Under the pieces are notes generated by a model. The model was not told the DNA's origin and made no database searches. It was given only the letters and a program-made list of their open reading frames with translations. Of a DNA stretch of 64,000 nucleotides, positions 62,198 through 64,000 are shown one piece after another. The position numbers were made by a program, and so were the translations under genes. The DNA comes from a virus. Its lineage: Duplodnaviria; Caudoviricetes. Position 1 is the first letter of the stretch, and each line of letters begins with the position of its first letter. The stretch is from IMG/VR virus record IMGVR_UViG_3300037478_000621, positions 2,403-66,402 of that record. The stretch is one strand, 5' to 3'.

Positions 62198-62639
62198 GGT
62201 TCACCTCTCGAAACTCCAGGGGGATGGGGACGTTCTTGCGGCCCAGGGCGTCCACCCTGAGCGTCACGCGAATCTGCCGCGGATCGGCCTCCTGCTCTAC
62301 GAGAACTTCTCGCACCCGCGTTACCCGGCTGTCGGCGAGGGCCTGCTCGGTGACCCGGCTACGGATCTCGTCGCGGGCCGACGTGGTGAACGGCTTCTTG
62401 ACCGCGTCGCGCAGGCCGGCGCCGTAGCCGGGCCGCAGGGCGTACTCGCCCGGCGACGTCGCCATGCGCCGCCACAGCGAGGCGCGCAGGTTTTCGAACC
62501 CCGAGACCGTCGCGTAGTCGCCCTTTGCGTTGACGACGTAGTCGCCCTCGAAGCGGATGTCGCGGCCGAAGAGGCGCTCGGCCTCGGATAGCGGAGGCGG
62601 CAGGGGCCGGACGGCCAGCGGTAGCGTCCAGCTGGCCAC
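62184..62639 (-). CDS. Baseplate wedge GPW/gp25-like protein
   Basis: 'NLRASLWRRMATSPGEYALRPGYGAGL…ALADSRV' gp25 motif; GTG 62639. Confidence 0.85.
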   Translation of the reverse strand: MASWTLPLAVRPLPPPLSEAERLFGRDIRFEGDYVVNAKGDYATVSGFENLRASLWRRMATSPGEYALRPGYGAGLRDAVKKPFTTSARDEIRSRVTEQALADSRVTRVREVLVEQEADPRQIRVTLRVDALGRKNVPIPLEFREVNRGSS

Positions 62640-63922
62640 TAGCTCGCCTCCTGGAATTCGCCGACCGTAATGGTGAAGTCGTCCCACCATCCCCCAGTCG
62701 GCAGAATCGAGAACGTCATCCGGTCGCCCGAGGTCTCTACGCTCGAGTGCGGCTCGAACAGCGGAGCAAACTCGCTGCCGTCGTAGACGACGTGCCACGT
62801 GTGCGGGCTGGCGCCGACCTTGGCGATAACCACAGCGCTCATGCTCGGGTCGTCGATCTCGACCTCGTAGACCACCGGCGTGAACCGCGCCTGCTGGCGA
62901 CTGCCGGCGAGCGCACCTGGCGCCGGCGAGACGGTGCCCTCGGCGGCCGCGAGGCGCGCGTGAAACAGGCGGTCGCGGCCATCGACGTTTGCGCCGCCGA
63001 CCGCGACCGTGTTAGCCGGCTCCGTCTCGCCGTCCCACTCAAGGGCTAGATCGGAGAACTTCACGTGGCTCTTGTCGCCGGTGACGTTGATCAGGGTCCC
63101 GTCGTCGCCGGTGTTGTCGTCGAGCCAGCGGAGCGAGGTCGCCACGCCCTTCTGGAACCGCGGCGCCGTGGAGCGCGCGACGATAGCCGGCCCGAGCTCG
63201 AGGCCGCCGTCGAAGGCATCGGGGTTGGAGCCGGGGAAGACGACGCCCACGGCGAAGGAGCGCAGGAGAGCAACCTCCTGGGCGTCGCCGGCCGGGTCCA
63301 CGGTCCACAGCGCCGCCGAGAAATCGCCGCCGAGCACGGAGGCCGTCATGGCGGCGGTGACCGAGGCGAACTGCATAACCGCGCCCAAGTCGTCGCCCTC
63401 GCGCGCGCCAGCGACCCGCTCGAACAGGAGAAACGTCGCGGGCGCCGTCTCGTCGGCGTAGCCCACGCACCAGAACGCCCCGCGGATGTCGTCGCCGGCG
63501 AACTGGAGGGTGTAGTCGCCCTCGGAGCCGGCGAGCCACATCGCCTCGAAGGTGGGCGCTGCGTCGGTACCGCCGCCCCGGACGACGATCTCGTCGGTCG
63601 CGCTCGGCACCTCGGCCGCGTCGGGGGTGCCGCCAACGAATCCAGCAGCCGGCGAGTACTTGACCCGGAACTGATGAAGATCGGCGTCGTCATCGACCTG
63701 GAACGCCAGCTCCTCGCCGGTCGCCGCCCACTGCATCCGCTGCCAGGCGAGAGAGTTGCCCCACTCGGTCGCACTGAGATTCTCGCCCCCCTCGTAGTGC
63801 GTGGCGTCGCCGTCGCCCGACTCGACCACCTCCCAGCCGATCGCGATGAGGTGGTCCATCAAGGCCACCGTCATCGCGGCGAAGCTGGAGGGGTCGGCGA
63901 CGTTGAGGGTGAAGACGTTCAT
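62639..63922 (-). CDS. Virion-associated hypothetical (427 aa) in the baseplate module
   Basis: Long GC3-rich ORF, acidic and beta-rich, coupled to gp25. Confidence 0.7.
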   Translation of the reverse strand: MNVFTLNVADPSSFAAMTVALMDHLIAIGWEVVESGDGDATHYEGGENLSATEWGNSLAWQRMQWAATGEELAFQVDDDADLHQFRVKYSPAAGFVGGTPDAAEVPSATDEIVVRGGGTDAAPTFEAMWLAGSEGDYTLQFAGDDIRGAFWCVGYADETAPATFLLFERVAGAREGDDLGAVMQFASVTAAMTASVLGGDFSAALWTVDPAGDAQEVALLRSFAVGVVFPGSNPDAFDGGLELGPAIVARSTAPRFQKGVATSLRWLDDNTGDDGTLINVTGDKSHVKFSDLALEWDGETEPANTVAVGGANVDGRDRLFHARLAAAEGTVSPAPGALAGSRQQARFTPVVYEVEIDDPSMSAVVIAKVGASPHTWHVVYDGSEFAPLFEPHSSVETSGDRMTFSILPTGGWWDDFTITVGEFQEAS

Positions 63923-64000
63923 CCGCGACCCCTCCGCCCACGCTGCGCCGCCTGCTTGGCCTGGCCAGCGATCCGGGCCATCGCCGGGCTCCGGCTCGCG
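63919..64000 (-). CDS. 3' end of an upstream tail gene (partial)
   Basis: …EPGDGPDRWPAKQAAQRGRRGRG* with TGA overlapping ATG 63922. Confidence 0.45.
   Translation of the reverse strand, partial: ASRSPAMARIAGQAKQAAQRGRRGRG

Noticed and set aside
1-64000. Integrated prophage with host flanks
   Set aside because: No host housekeeping genes are present, attP is intact with phage genes on both sides, and tail genes continue across both window ends.

Overview
The window is an almost complete, circularly permuted genome of a GC-rich temperate phage with a contractile tail (myovirus). It starts inside a baseplate-hub gene and ends just upstream of other baseplate genes, so only a short tail segment seems to be missing. 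It is in the excised (attP) state: a tyrosine integrase is followed by the 3' half only of a tRNA-Ala(GGC), with phage genes on both sides. A Myxococcota host is inferred from a myxobacterial-type sigma70-region-4 protein, a LexA-like DNA-binding domain and 'DAG'-repeat membrane proteins. Layout: minus-strand tail/head/packaging genes (1-20.5 kb); minus-strand early/replication genes (20.5-27.7 kb); a lambda-like immunity region with four 15-bp operators (27.7-28.7 kb); a plus-strand early operon with recombination, DNA-modification and many small genes ending in int-attP (28.7-49.7 kb); accessory genes including a stand-alone serine recombinase and an MTase-nuclease (49.7-53.4 kb); a minus-strand lysis and baseplate block with a plus-strand two-gene moron (53.4-64 kb). 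Most interesting signals: (i) a 17-bp LexA/SOS-box-like motif, AGAGAAC-RCYA-GTTCAC, found three times, each just upstream of a late gene block, in a phage that encodes a protease-less LexA DNA-binding domain; (ii) a ~400-nt highly structured, probably non-coding segment in the early operon; (iii) a serine-recombinase ORF that reads through attP, so its expression could depend on integration state; (iv) a candidate sRNA with its own promoter and terminator; (v) a recurrent TAGNNT-N6-start leaderless promoter marking accessory genes; (vi) five DNA-modification enzymes. All family assignments come from motif recognition by eye; no database searches were run.
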